Of a DNA stretch of 64,000 bases, positions 1-10,394 are shown one piece after another. The notes beneath the pieces are model-generated. The model was not told the origin of the DNA. It was given only the letters and a program-made list of their open reading frames with translations, and searched no databases. The stretch is from a virus. Where the stretch lies: IMG/VR virus record IMGVR_UViG_3300047160_010363, positions 35,983-99,982 of that record. One strand, written 5' to 3'. Every line of letters begins with the position of its first letter. Positions within the stretch are counted from its first letter, which is position 1. Both the position numbers and the translations under genes were made by a program.

Positions 1-225
1 GTGGTGACCTCTGCACTCGATCAGGCCAGTTTTAACCAGGCTCTTCTTCAGGGCAAGTTTGCTGGTCAGATTGTTGTTAATGCCGTCCCGTTTGCCTCTT
101 ACGTGTCGACCAATCCGAGCGATTATCCAGCGGGGATATACGCTGGTCTTTCAGTGAACTACATCGTCCAGAATGGCTTTGTTTCGATCGTGTTTAACCT
201 GAACGTTACAGATTTCCTCACATAA
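1..225 (+). CDS. Tail sheath protein, C-terminal end (gene starts before the window)
   Basis: C-terminus NAVPF..Y...[29 protein letters not shown] resembles DUF3383-type sheaths; lies upstream of the tube gene. Confidence 0.75.
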   Translation: MVTSALDQASFNQALLQGKFAGQIVVNAVPFASYVSTNPSDYPAGIYAGLSVNYIVQNGFVSIVFNLNVTDFLT

Positions 226-238
226 GGACAAAGTTCGA

Positions 239-544
239 ATGCCACAGCAACCTTTAAATATCCCGACGATCAACAACCTTATCGTGACGGATGGAACCAA
301 CACGTTCAGCTTCGTCAAGAAGATCTCTGTCGTCGGTGCGACTGTGTCGCAGTCGACTCCAGGTAATGTGACAATCACGCTTGCGGCGACTGGTGCGACT
401 GGTCACGTCGGCGCGACTGGTGCTACTGGCGCGACTGGACCGACTGGCGGTGCCACGGGCTCAACTGGACCAACAGGACCGACAGGTGCTGGTGCCACTG
501 GTGCGACTGGACCGACGGGACCCACTGGACCCACTGGACCATAA
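239..544 (+). CDS. Short collagen-like (Gly-X-Thr) protein
   Basis: C-terminal GATGATG/GPTGPTG triplets; AAGGA RBS upstream. Confidence 0.7.
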   Translation: MPQQPLNIPTINNLIVTDGTNTFSFVKKISVVGATVSQSTPGNVTITLAATGATGHVGATGATGATGPTGGATGSTGPTGPTGAGATGATGPTGPTGPTGP

Positions 545-556
545 GGGAGAACCTCT

Positions 557-997
557 ATGGCCGGCAATCCACTGATTGCTCAAGGCACGCTGAACCGCCT
601 TATTGCGTCAGTTGCGTGGTCGTCGTTTCCGGTCCTCAACGTTACTGCGTCGTACTTGGCGCCAGAGGGCATTCGGCTTACGTTGACTGGTGAGTCGACC
701 TTATTCATCCAGACAATGGCTGGAGTCGTCACGTCCCCAGAGCCATACATGATGATAGACATGGCGATGCACCTGCTAAAATCTCAGCCTCTTAGCAACA
801 GCTACAAGTCGCAGATGGAGCTGAGCGCGTTGCTGGGTGATGGTGTCGTGAGGACGGACACGACGACTCTAGGGCAGTATCAGATTACTAACTGCGCCAT
901 CCAAGGTGTGACTGAATTGGACTTCTCTGGCCGCAGTGCGGCCTACGTCGTGAGGATACGTGGATATTATCTCACTAATAGTTCGCTTTGGGGCTAA
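557..997 (+). CDS. Tail tube protein
   Basis: 146 aa after the sheath; NPLIAQGTLNRL...LNVTASYL..EGI...VTSPEPY...RGYY..NSSLW pattern; GGAGA RBS. Confidence 0.7.
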   Translation: MAGNPLIAQGTLNRLIASVAWSSFPVLNVTASYLAPEGIRLTLTGESTLFIQTMAGVVTSPEPYMMIDMAMHLLKSQPLSNSYKSQMELSALLGDGVVRTDTTTLGQYQITNCAIQGVTELDFSGRSAAYVVRIRGYYLTNSSLWG

Positions 998-1261
998 ATG
1001 AAGATTGACCGCCGCTTAAACCTTGTTCTAGAAATATGCCTGATAGTGTGGGGCTTGCTGATACTGGTCGCACCATCACAGGCACAGCCACAATCACCAC
1101 CGCAGACTTGGTGCAATAGCGCACCACATATACTGGATATAATCGCACTAACAAATGATGGCGATGTGGGAGAAGGGCAGCCAAATGAACATGCTGCCCT
1201 AATCAAACGGATAGAAGATCAAGACCAGAAGTGTTTTGGCACCATAAGGTCGAGCCAATGA
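998..1261 (+). CDS. Small secreted/membrane protein; N-terminus duplicates the tail chaperone start
   Basis: Starts MKIDRRLNLVL, then a hydrophobic stretch and SQA-Q cleavage-like site; two Cys in the predicted mature part. Confidence 0.55.
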   Translation: MKIDRRLNLVLEICLIVWGLLILVAPSQAQPQSPPQTWCNSAPHILDIIALTNDGDVGEGQPNEHAALIKRIEDQDQKCFGTIRSSQ

Positions 1262-1695
1262 AAAACATTCTTATTCTTGCTGCCCTATTAATTTGCTTCG
1301 TGCAAACGTCGCAATCTATGGCAGCATGCCCTTATGGAGACAGTTCGTCGGCGACGTGGTACTACATCTACAATGCCCCAGGAGGCTCGTGGACAAGTAG
1401 TACGCTTTACTCATGCTCGTCCTGCGCAAGTTTGATCGGCTATGGCAAGGCCATTGGAGGTCGCGCTGCATGTTCGCCGTATACTGGCGATAGCACCACT
1501 GATGGAGTGTGGGACTGCAAAGATGTGGGGCCTCACCCTCAGGCAATGTACGGGGAGGAGTGGAATAACTCAAACGGAGGCCGGGCAGCGATATTCCTCG
1601 AAGAGTGCCGAACTCTCTATCCTCCTTCCTCATGTGTATGTGTCGACAGAACTGGATCGTTCCAATCTCTAGCCGAGCCATATCAGGGGGAATAA
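1258..1695 (+). CDS. Secreted Cys-rich hypothetical protein
   Basis: ATGA overlap at 1258; MKNILILAALLICFVQTSQSMA signal peptide; several Cys. Confidence 0.6.
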   Translation: MKNILILAALLICFVQTSQSMAACPYGDSSSATWYYIYNAPGGSWTSSTLYSCSSCASLIGYGKAIGGRAACSPYTGDSTTDGVWDCKDVGPHPQAMYGEEWNNSNGGRAAIFLEECRTLYPPSSCVCVDRTGSFQSLAEPYQGE

Positions 1696-2270
1696 TGAAG
1701 ATTGACCGTCACTTAAACCTTGTTTTGCCAGTCGATACGGACACTGGAACTGTTTACGTACACAGTACCCCCATTAGCCGTGAGGTATTCGAGCGCTACT
1801 ACTTGCCGATCAGCAAGACGTTTGCGGCCATATACCAGGAGGGGCTCGCCGCTTTGGCAGGTCCTCGTGTTGCGGCCTTGATATTGCGTGATGTGGCCGA
1901 AGCGACACGCGGTAAGAATGGCCAAGCCAACGCGTGGGATGGGCCGGAAGGTGTCGAAAACGGTTTGATGAACGAGGTACGACGCCTGACCAACGTTGTG
2001 ATGCCCGGCGCCAGTGGTTGGGAAACCGTGCCATTCGATGATGTGCGCCGCAAGGGTATGATGAGCCCAGATGACTTGGCGGAGGTCGAAGGTGCGCTGA
2101 CTTTTTTTATTGTCTGCTCTGCGATGCACAGAAAGGAGATCCTCCCGGACTTTTTGAATGGGATGGCTTCGCTCTGGGGAGCCTCGATCGTATCCTCCAA
2201 CTGTACGGACTACGCACGTTCTTTGCCGATCTCGAAAGAGGGCGAGAGTTCTGGAGAAAAGGTGGCTTAG
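1695..2270 (+). CDS. Tail assembly chaperone
   Basis: ATG at 1695 (TAATG overlap, GGGGG RBS); lies between tube and tape measure; T TTT TTT slippery site at 2102-2108. Confidence 0.7.
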   Translation: MKIDRHLNLVLPVDTDTGTVYVHSTPISREVFERYYLPISKTFAAIYQEGLAALAGPRVAALILRDVAEATRGKNGQANAWDGPEGVENGLMNEVRRLTNVVMPGASGWETVPFDDVRRKGMMSPDDLAEVEGALTFFIVCSAMHRKEILPDFLNGMASLWGASIVSSNCTDYARSLPISKEGESSGEKVA

Positions 2271-2434
2271 TGGGTGAGATACTCACCTGGATTGCAGAGG
2301 AAGGATTTTTGGACCTCGGTGAGTACCTCAACCGCAATGGAGTCACGTTTGAATTTCGCTCTGCGGCCGAGTTCCGCTCAAGGCATTTGACTGACGCTGT
2401 GGCAGCGGCCCTAAAGGCTTCAGCCTGGAGATAG
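2102..2434 (+). other. -1 programmed frameshift extension of the tail chaperone (G-T-like fusion)
   Basis: In-frame heptamer T TTT TTT (ACT TTT TTT ATT); the -1 frame is open from 2075 to TAG at 2432-2434, ending 3 nt before the tape measure start. Confidence 0.7.
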
Positions 2435-2437
2435 ACA

Positions 2438-4453
2438 GTGCCAGTCAGGATTGGTCTAGAAGTTGATGTAGATGACGCTAAATTCAAGACGTTCACCGAG
2501 AGCTTTGCTAAATACAAGGAGGCTCTGGACAAGACACCAAATAGCTGGCGAAACGTTACGGAATCGATCAGGAGCGTAAACGACGGATTTAAGGGCTTTG
2601 ATGTATTGCTCTTTGCTCAATCTGGGTACCTGGCGAAGATGCTGAAAGACATGAACGCGTTCGGCCGTGCGACTGGGGATACCAACCGTCACATGACCGC
2701 ATTGGCGCGCACGACTCACTCCGTGGCACAGCACTTAACGGATGCAACGCGCCACATATTGAGGTGGGGGACGATATCGACTGCGTTAGCTGGACTGGCT
2801 GGTTTTGGTGGTTTGTTTGGATTGCGTGCTCTGGGCGAGCGAGCGTCCACAGACTACCGCACAGCAACTGGCGCTGGGGTCAATGTTGGAGAGCTGCGGG
2901 CGTTACGCACCGTGTTTCCCTACATTACAGATCCAGAGGCGTTACTTCAGGCAGCAACCTCTGCGCGTTATGGTGCAGTGGGAGAAGCTGGCGCCGCGGC
3001 TTCCATACTTGGCATCCGCGGTCGCGAAACACCATTTGAAACTGTTTTGGGTATACGTGAGGCTGCCCGCAACTTTGCGCGCTCTGTTCGTGACGATAGA
3101 TATTTAGAGAATGATCCGCGAGCCGAGCAGTTTCGACATCTAGGCATTGACACTGGGACGTTGCTGCGACTAAGACACCAGACCGATGAAGAGTTTCGTC
3201 AGGACACCGAGGAGGCTCGTCGTTTTGCCAAGAAAGCTGAACAAGATGACCAAACGTCAAAGGCGTGGCAGAGGCTGCTGCTCAGTCTTGGTGAAGCTGG
3301 AACCCTGATTGAAAATGCGTTTATCAAAGGATTGACACCGCTGGTTCCTCAAATTGGCAGGTTGTCTGAAGCGTTTACTAAGTTAGTCACAGCGTTGTTT
3401 GAAAAAGGAGGTTTATTTAGCGAATTTGTGGACGCTGCTGCCAGAGGTTTAAAGTGGCTGGCAGACAACATCAACACACCTGAGTTCAAGGAGGGAGTAA
3501 AATCTTTCATAACTGGAATCGGCCGAGCTGCTGAGGCTTTTGGACCATTTGTTTCTGGTCTAGAGACCGTAGCAGCAGCACTAGGGCACTTTATCGAGTT
3601 CACAAGTAAGCATCCGGCCCTGTTTGGTGCTGTGGCTGGCGCTGTTGTTGGTTCGCGGTTCGGTCCGTGGGGTGCCGCCGCTGGAGCAGCTGCTGGTGCA
3701 GCTGCTGGCCTGGTTATGAGCCAGAGTGAACATGACACAGCGCTCGCGACAGCAGTTCGTGACTGGGAAACGCATCCACACGGTGACAAATCTTATGCCG
3801 ATGTGGTAAAAGAGTTTGAGACTAATTGGACTAAAACGCACCCACCAGGTCAGTCGGTTCAAGAGCCTGGCACTGCCTTGGGAAGTAGTCGAGGCAAACC
3901 AACTGCCGAAGATGCGGATGTTGCGCGCTCTCTTTACGGGTATGCGACTGGCCAGCTTGGGCTTGACCCGTCTCATGCTATGGCGATGATTGCTAACGCC
4001 TGGCATGAGAGTGGGTTCAAGGCAATGTCTGTCGGCAGGGCAGGTGAAAAGGGGATATTTCAGTGGAAAGATGATCGTTGGGATAAACTGGCGACTGAGT
4101 TGGGTGCCAATAAGTTTAATTTGTACAAAGAATTTGCTTATGCGGTTAAAGAGCAGCGAGAACGTGATCCGGGTTGGTTTAACCGCAACATTGGAGACAC
4201 TCCGCGTTCTGTTTCCGAATTTGAACATGGCTTTGAGCGCCCAGCACAAGAGACTGGTCGCTTGGGGGACCTTCGCGCCGTGATGGAGATGCTTGGGATG
4301 AATAAACCCCAGCAGCAGCCCACCGCGCAGCAGTCGTCATATGGTCAACAGCAGTCGTCGCTGGCGCCCCAGCAGCAAGTCAGGATAGTGGTGGAGAACA
4401 GGACTGGAGGTTCAGCTATTATCACAAGCAACTCCTTGGGGGCGACGGCGTAA
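2438..4453 (+). CDS. Tape measure protein with C-terminal phage tail lysozyme domain
   Basis: Ala/Gly-rich helical protein with TM-like segments; C-terminal ANAWHESGF..GEKGIFQW..RW..FEHGFERP (Phage_lysozyme2-like). Confidence 0.85.
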   Translation: MPVRIGLEVDVDDAKFKTFTESFAKYKEALDKTPNSWRNVTESIRSVNDGFKGFDVLLFAQSGYLAKMLKDMNAFGRATGDTNRHMTALARTTHSVAQHLTDATRHILRWGTISTALAGLAGFGGLFGLRALGERASTDYRTATGAGVNVGELRALRTVFPYITDPEALLQAATSARYGAVGEAGAAASILGIRGRETPFETVLGIREAARNFARSVRDDRYLENDPRAEQFRHLGIDTGTLLRLRHQTDEEFRQDTEEARRFAKKAEQDDQTSKAWQRLLLSLGEAGTLIENAFIKGLTPLVPQIGRLSEAFTKLVTALFEKGGLFSEFVDAAARGLKWLADNINTPEFKEGVKSFITGIGRAAEAFGPFVSGLETVAAALGHFIEFTSKHPALFGAVAGAVVGSRFGPWGAAAGAAAGAAAGLVMSQSEHDTALATAVRDWETHPHGDKSYADVVKEFETNWTKTHPPGQSVQEPGTALGSSRGKPTAEDADVARSLYGYATGQLGLDPSHAMAMIANAWHESGFKAMSVGRAGEKGIFQWKDDRWDKLATELGANKFNLYKEFAYAVKEQRERDPGWFNRNIGDTPRSVSEFEHGFERPAQETGRLGDLRAVMEMLGMNKPQQQPTAQQSSYGQQQSSLAPQQQVRIVVENRTGGSAIITSNSLGATA

Positions 4454-5287
4454 ATGCCCGGGCCACCTGGTTTGGTTGCGTTTGATCTAACGTTCAGGAT
4501 TTCCCCGATAATACTGACTGGTGGGATCGCTGGCGCTATTTTGGGTGGTGCGGTCCCCATCATCAACTATCTGCAGCCGACCATGTTCACGTCCTTGGTA
4601 GACAGTGGCACTGGTGATCTGACTTTAGACCAGTTTTTTGCGCATTTTCAACCTTTACCTGGCGCGACGCTTGGAGAAAACGACATTGGTCGTTACCCAT
4701 TCGCCAACCAGACTATAGCCGCCAACGCCATCATATTTCAGCCGCTGCGCGTGTCATTGTTAATGATATGCCCAGTCAACCCGCCTAACACTTACGCTCA
4801 GAAATATGCGGTTATGACCGCGTTGCAAGCGACGTTGCAGCAGCATGACCTGATGGGCGGCTTATATACAGTGGCCACACCAGCGTTCACCTGGCAGAAT
4901 TGCATACGGTTGCGAATAGTCGACGTCAGTCGCGGTGAGACCAATCAGCCTCAGATAACGTGGCAGTGGGATTTTGAGCAGCCTCAGATCGCGGTATCGG
5001 CTGCGCAAGGTGCATACAACAACATGCTAGGCAAGATCGCCGCCCAAACACCGCTCGGGCCAAATCCTGCTGGTCAAATTCCAACATCAGGTTTTACTAC
5101 AACTGTTGGAGGTGATTCGTCTGCTACTGCACCTGCCACTGCTGTACCGTCAATCGCTCCACTTGGCGGTAACTTGGCTCCGAGCGGTTCTCAGGTACCT
5201 ATAAATCAAGATTGGTCTAGTGGACCGCCTTCTAATGCTTCATCCTCTGCCCCATTGCCCGACACACTGACTATCGCGCCTGACTAA
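4454..5287 (+). CDS. Baseplate/tail-tube initiator-like protein
   Basis: Directly follows the tape measure; [43 protein letters not shown] pattern. Confidence 0.6.
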   Translation: MPGPPGLVAFDLTFRISPIILTGGIAGAILGGAVPIINYLQPTMFTSLVDSGTGDLTLDQFFAHFQPLPGATLGENDIGRYPFANQTIAANAIIFQPLRVSLLMICPVNPPNTYAQKYAVMTALQATLQQHDLMGGLYTVATPAFTWQNCIRLRIVDVSRGETNQPQITWQWDFEQPQIAVSAAQGAYNNMLGKIAAQTPLGPNPAGQIPTSGFTTTVGGDSSATAPATAVPSIAPLGGNLAPSGSQVPINQDWSSGPPSNASSSAPLPDTLTIAPD

Positions 5288-6330
5288 TGGCCTTTCCAAC
5301 CACGACCGACATAGATCAGCTCCCTGCGGCAGGCCCGCTCACTGGCAGTGAGCAAGTGCCCATGTCGCAGGCCGGAACGACGGTACGCGCACCGTCGTCA
5401 GATTTTGCTCTAGGCCAAACTGGTGCTACTGGTCCTATAGGCATCACTGGCCCTGCAGGACCTACTGGTCCGACAGGCGCAACTGGGCATACAGGATCTA
5501 CGGGTGCAACCGGTCCTTCTGGTGGTCCGTCTGGCCCAACAGGTGCTACAGGTGCAGCGGGCGCAACCGGCGCAACCGGTCCTTCTGGGATCACTGGTAG
5601 CCAGGGGCCCGTAGGCCCCACAGGCGTCACTAGCGGCATCGTGGGCCCTACCGGCCCTACGGGTGCTACTGGCCCCACAGGCGTCACTAGCGGCATCGTA
5701 GGCCCCACCGGTGCTACAGGCGCTACGGGTGTAGCGGTGGCTGGGCCTACAGGCGCTACAGGTGCTACAGGGCCCAGTGGGCCTACAGGCGCTACAGGTG
5801 CTACAGGCGCTACAGGCACAGGCCCAACAGGCGCTACAGGTGCTACCGGTCCCACCGGTCCCACTGGTGCAACGGGATCAACAGGCGCGACTGGTCCAGC
5901 TGGGGCTACCAGTGGAATACTTGGCCCCACAGGTCCCACTGGTGTGGGCGCTACCGGTTCAACTGGTGCCACAGGACCGATAGGCGCTACTGGGGTTACA
6001 GGTGCTACCGGATCGGCGCTAAGTTTTGTCTCTGTCACAAACCAGGGTACCAACCAAATATTGATTTATCCACACACGTCTGGCGGCGGCATCAACACAG
6101 AGACTCCAGGCAGCCCCATAATAGCTTATGTCAATACCACATCGTTGTTTGCGACGACTGGTGTTCTTACGGCGTCTTCGACACCCGCTACGGGGCTCAC
6201 CGCTACGGGTACCAATCAGGGGTCTGCGTTAGCCTTGAGTGCTATCATGAATATAATAACCACTGCTGCGGCTGGTACCGGAGTGACTTTGCCTAGTTCG
6301 ACAACGGATTACTGGGTGTCATTCCCATGA
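5287..6330 (+). CDS. Collagen-like (Gly-X-Thr) fibre protein
   Basis: About 200 aa of GPT/GAT triplets; N-terminal [22 protein letters not shown] motif shared with 18414. Confidence 0.75.
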   Translation: MAFPTTTDIDQLPAAGPLTGSEQVPMSQAGTTVRAPSSDFALGQTGATGPIGITGPAGPTGPTGATGHTGSTGATGPSGGPSGPTGATGAAGATGATGPSGITGSQGPVGPTGVTSGIVGPTGPTGATGPTGVTSGIVGPTGATGATGVAVAGPTGATGATGPSGPTGATGATGATGTGPTGATGATGPTGPTGATGSTGATGPAGATSGILGPTGPTGVGATGSTGATGPIGATGVTGATGSALSFVSVTNQGTNQILIYPHTSGGGINTETPGSPIIAYVNTTSLFATTGVLTASSTPATGLTATGTNQGSALALSAIMNIITTAAAGTGVTLPSSTTDYWVSFP

Positions 6331-6809
6331 GACGTCGTGGTTTAGTTGTAGGCGCGTGTTTTTTGGCTGTCACTGTCGTTGGTTTCGCTTTGGCGCAGCC
6401 TTCTGGTCCATTACGGCCAGACCAGTTCATAACATTTGGTTGGATCTGGTCGGCCGGGCAGGCTGTTCAACCATTTACGATTCCTAGCTGTACGGGCAAC
6501 ATCACGCCAGATGGGTCTAGCGCGAACGATTACATATGCAATCTCGTTGGCAATATTACGCTGAAGAATCCAACCAGGGTGGTGGCTGGGTATACAATGA
6601 ATTTTACGTTTATACAGCCCAGTTCTGGCGGTCCCTATAGTTTAACCACTGCCCACAACAGTGGGGGTGGAACGGACTATCTCTACCAAGGAAGTATAGG
6701 CCCAACACTCAGTGGAAACCCAAACGCGATCGACTATTTGTCCTGCAGGACGTACGCAGCCAACACAATAGTCTGCGGTGGGTTGCTCGCAAATGTGGGT
6801 AATCCATGA
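6327..6809 (+). CDS. Signal-peptide-bearing fibre-tip-like protein
   Basis: [24 protein letters not shown] signal; [24 protein letters not shown] resembles a phage fibre C-terminal domain. Confidence 0.55.
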   Translation: MRRRGLVVGACFLAVTVVGFALAQPSGPLRPDQFITFGWIWSAGQAVQPFTIPSCTGNITPDGSSANDYICNLVGNITLKNPTRVVAGYTMNFTFIQPSSGGPYSLTTAHNSGGGTDYLYQGSIGPTLSGNPNAIDYLSCRTYAANTIVCGGLLANVGNP

Positions 6810-7573
6810 TCTCTGTGCGCTTTGCACTGATTCCTGCGATTGTCGTTGGGGTTGTATGTCTTACAGTAGATCCATCTGTGGCAGGGTTTTGCACTCTTGA
6901 TGGCAGCGCGCGCTCTAATAACCCGCTGACCACGTCTATGTCTCCAGACGAGATAGTGTTGCTGGCGACCAACTACGCTCTTGGCTCTATGCCCAGCATT
7001 ACTGGAGTCAGTGGATGCTCTTTGACTTGGACCAAACGAATGGCTTGGCCAGCCAATGGTGTTTTTGGTGGTACTTATTATGCAGACATCGAGGAGTGGG
7101 TTGCAAAAGCCACTTCGACTCTGAGCTCTTGCACACCCGTCGTCAGTTGGACACCCGATGGGACAAATAACTTGTATGTGGTTTTTGGGGTTAATGGGGC
7201 AGCTTCACCTTCGGCGCCATTTGATTCAAACTCGTCACTACCATCTGAATCGCAAGATTTGAGCGGCAATCCTGGTGTCGCTATAACCACTGGGGTGTCG
7301 ACGAATAATCCAACCGATTTTATCTTCTCGTGGTGCACTGACTGGTCGGATGCTGCTGAATGCTTCCACGATTCAGGACCTGCTGGATTTACTTTCATCA
7401 ACTTTAACCTGAATGCCGCCTCGATAAATACGTGGTACAAAGGAGTGTCCAACACTCAAGTCAACACATCTGTTCCGTCAACTTCGGGCAATGTGGCTTA
7501 CTGGGCTTCTGTCGCTGATGCCATTGCCTGCGGCGGAACTGTCTCTAATGGCCTGATGCAGGGATGGCCCTGA
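6806..7573 (+). CDS. Signal-peptide-bearing beta-rich (lectin-like) protein
   Basis: Hydrophobic N-terminus; Ser/Thr-rich domain similar to the C-termini of 7564 and 20825. Confidence 0.5.
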   Translation: MISVRFALIPAIVVGVVCLTVDPSVAGFCTLDGSARSNNPLTTSMSPDEIVLLATNYALGSMPSITGVSGCSLTWTKRMAWPANGVFGGTYYADIEEWVAKATSTLSSCTPVVSWTPDGTNNLYVVFGVNGAASPSAPFDSNSSLPSESQDLSGNPGVAITTGVSTNNPTDFIFSWCTDWSDAAECFHDSGPAGFTFINFNLNAASINTWYKGVSNTQVNTSVPSTSGNVAYWASVADAIACGGTVSNGLMQGWP

Positions 7574-8985
7574 CCCTTTTCCCTTTTACACCTAATGTAA
7601 ACACTCCGTTTCAATTCCAACCAGTCCTAGACGGCGTTACGTACAACGCTGTTGTTTATTGGAATTTTGACGCGCAGCGTTACTACATAAATCTGGTGAG
7701 CCCCAACGGGGTCTCGGTATTCTTTAAGCCGCTTACGGGGTCAACAAATCCGCAGACTTTGCAGCTGCAGACTCAAGAAGGGTCTATTTACGCGATACTG
7801 AGCTTGCCTGGATCTACCCCACTCTTTTTGGTGACTCAATCTGGTGAATTCATCACAACCGACAACTCTGGTTCATTTTTAACGGCGTCTACATCCCCGG
7901 CTCCAGTAGGGTTGATTGCTAATGGAACACAGATAAGCAGTACATTACTACCTCCAGGTACGTCTGTGGATTTGGTGGCTGCCACTGGTGTTGTTGTACT
8001 TTCAGCTCCAGCACTCACCACAGGCATCGATGAGAGCGCAGTCATCAATAGCGATATAAATTTAGCAGCAGGTTACTTCACAACGTCGGCCCTGGTGTAC
8101 AGAACTGCTGCAGTAAGGTTTGAAGTTTACGACATAGTGACTCCTGCTACTCTACCAGGACAATCCTCATTTACCTCAGAGGGGCAACCGATAAGCTTGG
8201 TGTCTCCATTCCCGTTGCCTCCGCCTGTACCGCCACCGCCACCGCCGACGCTGTATAGTACAGCCGTTAGCCCCAGTGGAAACACCAGTCCTCCGCTGGG
8301 TCCATTTTCCATTACGGCCAACGTAAACACGACCAGCGGCGTTGGGATCAACACATCTGGTCCATCGACGGTGGTGGCGTTTGTGACTATGCTGCAGAAT
8401 GCTCTGGTGGCCCAGCCGCCAGGTCAGTTCCCACCGGCTGTTGCGGCGTTAGCCAGCACGTCTGGTTTATTCTTTACACGACGCTCAAGATTCGTGCAAA
8501 ACCCGACTTACGCAGGCACGGCACCTCCTGCTAGTGGCGCGGCTGAGATATGGTTTGCACAGGCAGCAGGCCCGCTTACAGGTGAATTGATTACGGCGTC
8601 GTTCACGGGTGGCATCACTGCTGGTTTATTGACAGTTGCTGCTTTTTCACCCAGTGTGTGGGATGCTAACGTGTCGCTCCCAGCGGAGGCGCAGGCCACA
8701 ACTACATTGTCATTGGGTAATGTCCCCAATGTCTCGACAACCAGCTCCAGCGATTTAGTGCTCACGTTTTTCTCCACCTTCCAGACTGGAATACCCGAGT
8801 TTGGAGGTGCTGGAGCACACATAGCCGCGCAGCAGGCCATTCAGGCTTTTGACGAGATTGATACGTCTAATGCTGTTACCTACTATGTGGCTACTGCGCC
8901 GTTGATCAATGCCGTTATTGGGACCTCTGGTGGTCAGCACAATTATTGGATCGCGGTGGTCGACGCATTAGTGAATCCAGGCTAA
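7564..8985 (+). CDS. Baseplate plug-like protein with extended C-terminal domains
   Basis: N-terminal FTP..PFQFQPVLDG.TYN..VYWN..AQRYYINL; Pro-rich linker; extra beta domain. Confidence 0.6.
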   Translation: MALTLFPFTPNVNTPFQFQPVLDGVTYNAVVYWNFDAQRYYINLVSPNGVSVFFKPLTGSTNPQTLQLQTQEGSIYAILSLPGSTPLFLVTQSGEFITTDNSGSFLTASTSPAPVGLIANGTQISSTLLPPGTSVDLVAATGVVVLSAPALTTGIDESAVINSDINLAAGYFTTSALVYRTAAVRFEVYDIVTPATLPGQSSFTSEGQPISLVSPFPLPPPVPPPPPPTLYSTAVSPSGNTSPPLGPFSITANVNTTSGVGINTSGPSTVVAFVTMLQNALVAQPPGQFPPAVAALASTSGLFFTRRSRFVQNPTYAGTAPPASGAAEIWFAQAAGPLTGELITASFTGGITAGLLTVAAFSPSVWDANVSLPAEAQATTTLSLGNVPNVSTTSSSDLVLTFFSTFQTGIPEFGGAGAHIAAQQAIQAFDEIDTSNAVTYYVATAPLINAVIGTSGGQHNYWIAVVDALVNPG

Positions 8986-10097
8986 TGCGTTATTACGACA
9001 TCACCATAGGGTCCAACCAACCAGCTGGTGGCGGCAATTTCTCTTCAAACTCGTTGCTGCACTATACGTCCCACCCCTCTGGACCCTACGCCCCTCCAAC
9101 TCCAGGTGCCCTGAACGTCGAGCTAGACATCTACCAATTCAAGGGCCACATCATAGGCGCCAATTCGTTCATCCGTATATGGGGGATAAGCCCGCTGGAC
9201 ATAGGACCTGCTTCGCTCTTTGGAGGGCATCCCATGGTGGTGCAGGCGGGTATGGGCGTTGGACTGCCATTGGCCAATCCATCCCAGGCTGGGCTCCTTG
9301 TGACCGGCACAGCGTGGCAGGTGTTTGGTAACTGGCAAGATGTTAATCTAACATTGGACATCGTGGCCGTGTTACCGACTGGTGTGTCGCCACCGACAGT
9401 TCCTGGTTTATCACCACCAATTCAGAATGTCGTGCTTCATTGGCCTCCAAACACTCAGCTATCTGACGCCATTAAAAACGCTCTGGCGACTGCCTATCCA
9501 GGATATACTGTTGATATTAACATCAGTGGTAATTTAAAGAAATCCTCTGATGGGTCCCACTTTGCATCTAGCTGGGTCGATCTCAGCACACAAGTACACA
9601 GTGATTCGATTGGGATAATCAATAATCCAGACTACTATGGAGTGTACATTACGCTGGAGGGCACCAAGTTTATTGTGCGCGATTCTGGCACTGGTGCAGC
9701 CTCTGGTAATGCAACTGCGGCCACAAAGCAGATATTGTTTCAAGATATGATTGGTCAGCCAACCTGGATCAAGTTCAATACAATTCAGTTTCAGACTGTG
9801 ATGCGATCTGACATTGATGTTGGGGACGTTGTGGCTCTACCACGAGCACAGTTTACGTCGACACCGGGTGGGTTTGTACAGGGCGCTTCGTCATCCTCTG
9901 CGTTCTCTGACTACCGCAATGCATCGGCATTTGGGGGTAGCTTTAACGTAAATAACATTCACCACGTTGGCAACTTTCGCGCACCGGACGGTCGTCAGTG
10001 GTGTACTGTGTTTGAGGCTGTTCTCATCAAAGCCAACCCACCTCCAGGCGTGACCTACGCTCCGACAGACATCTCCCAGCCAGCGGGGACAGCGTGA
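8985..10097 (+). CDS. Baseplate hub protein
   Basis: ATG at 8985 (TAATG); MRYYDITI..ALNVELDI..AGM..GLPLANP.QAG..FGNW..DMIGQPTWI..HVGNFR.PDG..W.T. Confidence 0.7.
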   Translation: MRYYDITIGSNQPAGGGNFSSNSLLHYTSHPSGPYAPPTPGALNVELDIYQFKGHIIGANSFIRIWGISPLDIGPASLFGGHPMVVQAGMGVGLPLANPSQAGLLVTGTAWQVFGNWQDVNLTLDIVAVLPTGVSPPTVPGLSPPIQNVVLHWPPNTQLSDAIKNALATAYPGYTVDINISGNLKKSSDGSHFASSWVDLSTQVHSDSIGIINNPDYYGVYITLEGTKFIVRDSGTGAASGNATAATKQILFQDMIGQPTWIKFNTIQFQTVMRSDIDVGDVVALPRAQFTSTPGGFVQGASSSSAFSDYRNASAFGGSFNVNNIHHVGNFRAPDGRQWCTVFEAVLIKANPPPGVTYAPTDISQPAGTA

Positions 10098-10285
10098 TTA
10101 TCTTGACTTTTTCATTTTGCTTGATGGCAACAGGGCTGTGCTATCCTACGGAGGTGCCACAGGATGATTGTTGCACATCTATAAGTGACTGCGATGCACG
10201 AGGGGAAAGACTGTTGAATTTGACGCGTGAACGTATGCGAGATTATGGTTATTTTGACGCTGGTTTCACGTGCCGCTATGAATGA
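10094..10285 (+). CDS. Small Cys-rich secreted-type peptide
   Basis: GTGA overlap; hydrophobic N-terminus; six Cys in 63 aa. Confidence 0.45.
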   Translation: MIILTFSFCLMATGLCYPTEVPQDDCCTSISDCDARGERLLNLTRERMRDYGYFDAGFTCRYE

Positions 10286-10394
10286 GATTAGCGCGGACGC
10301 TCTGTTTGCTGCTCTTGCGTTGGCGTTATCTGCCGTATTGCTACTTAGGTCGCTTCGTGTTCCGGTGCCAGAGCGGCAGTACACTGGATGGGCG

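Larger units (their letters stand above)
998..1724 (+). repeat. 30-bp imperfect direct repeat (998-1027 and 1695-1724)
   Basis: ATGAAGATTGACCGCCGCTTAAACCTTGTT vs ATGAAGATTGACCGTCACTTAAACCTTGTT, 28/30 identical. Confidence 0.9.
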
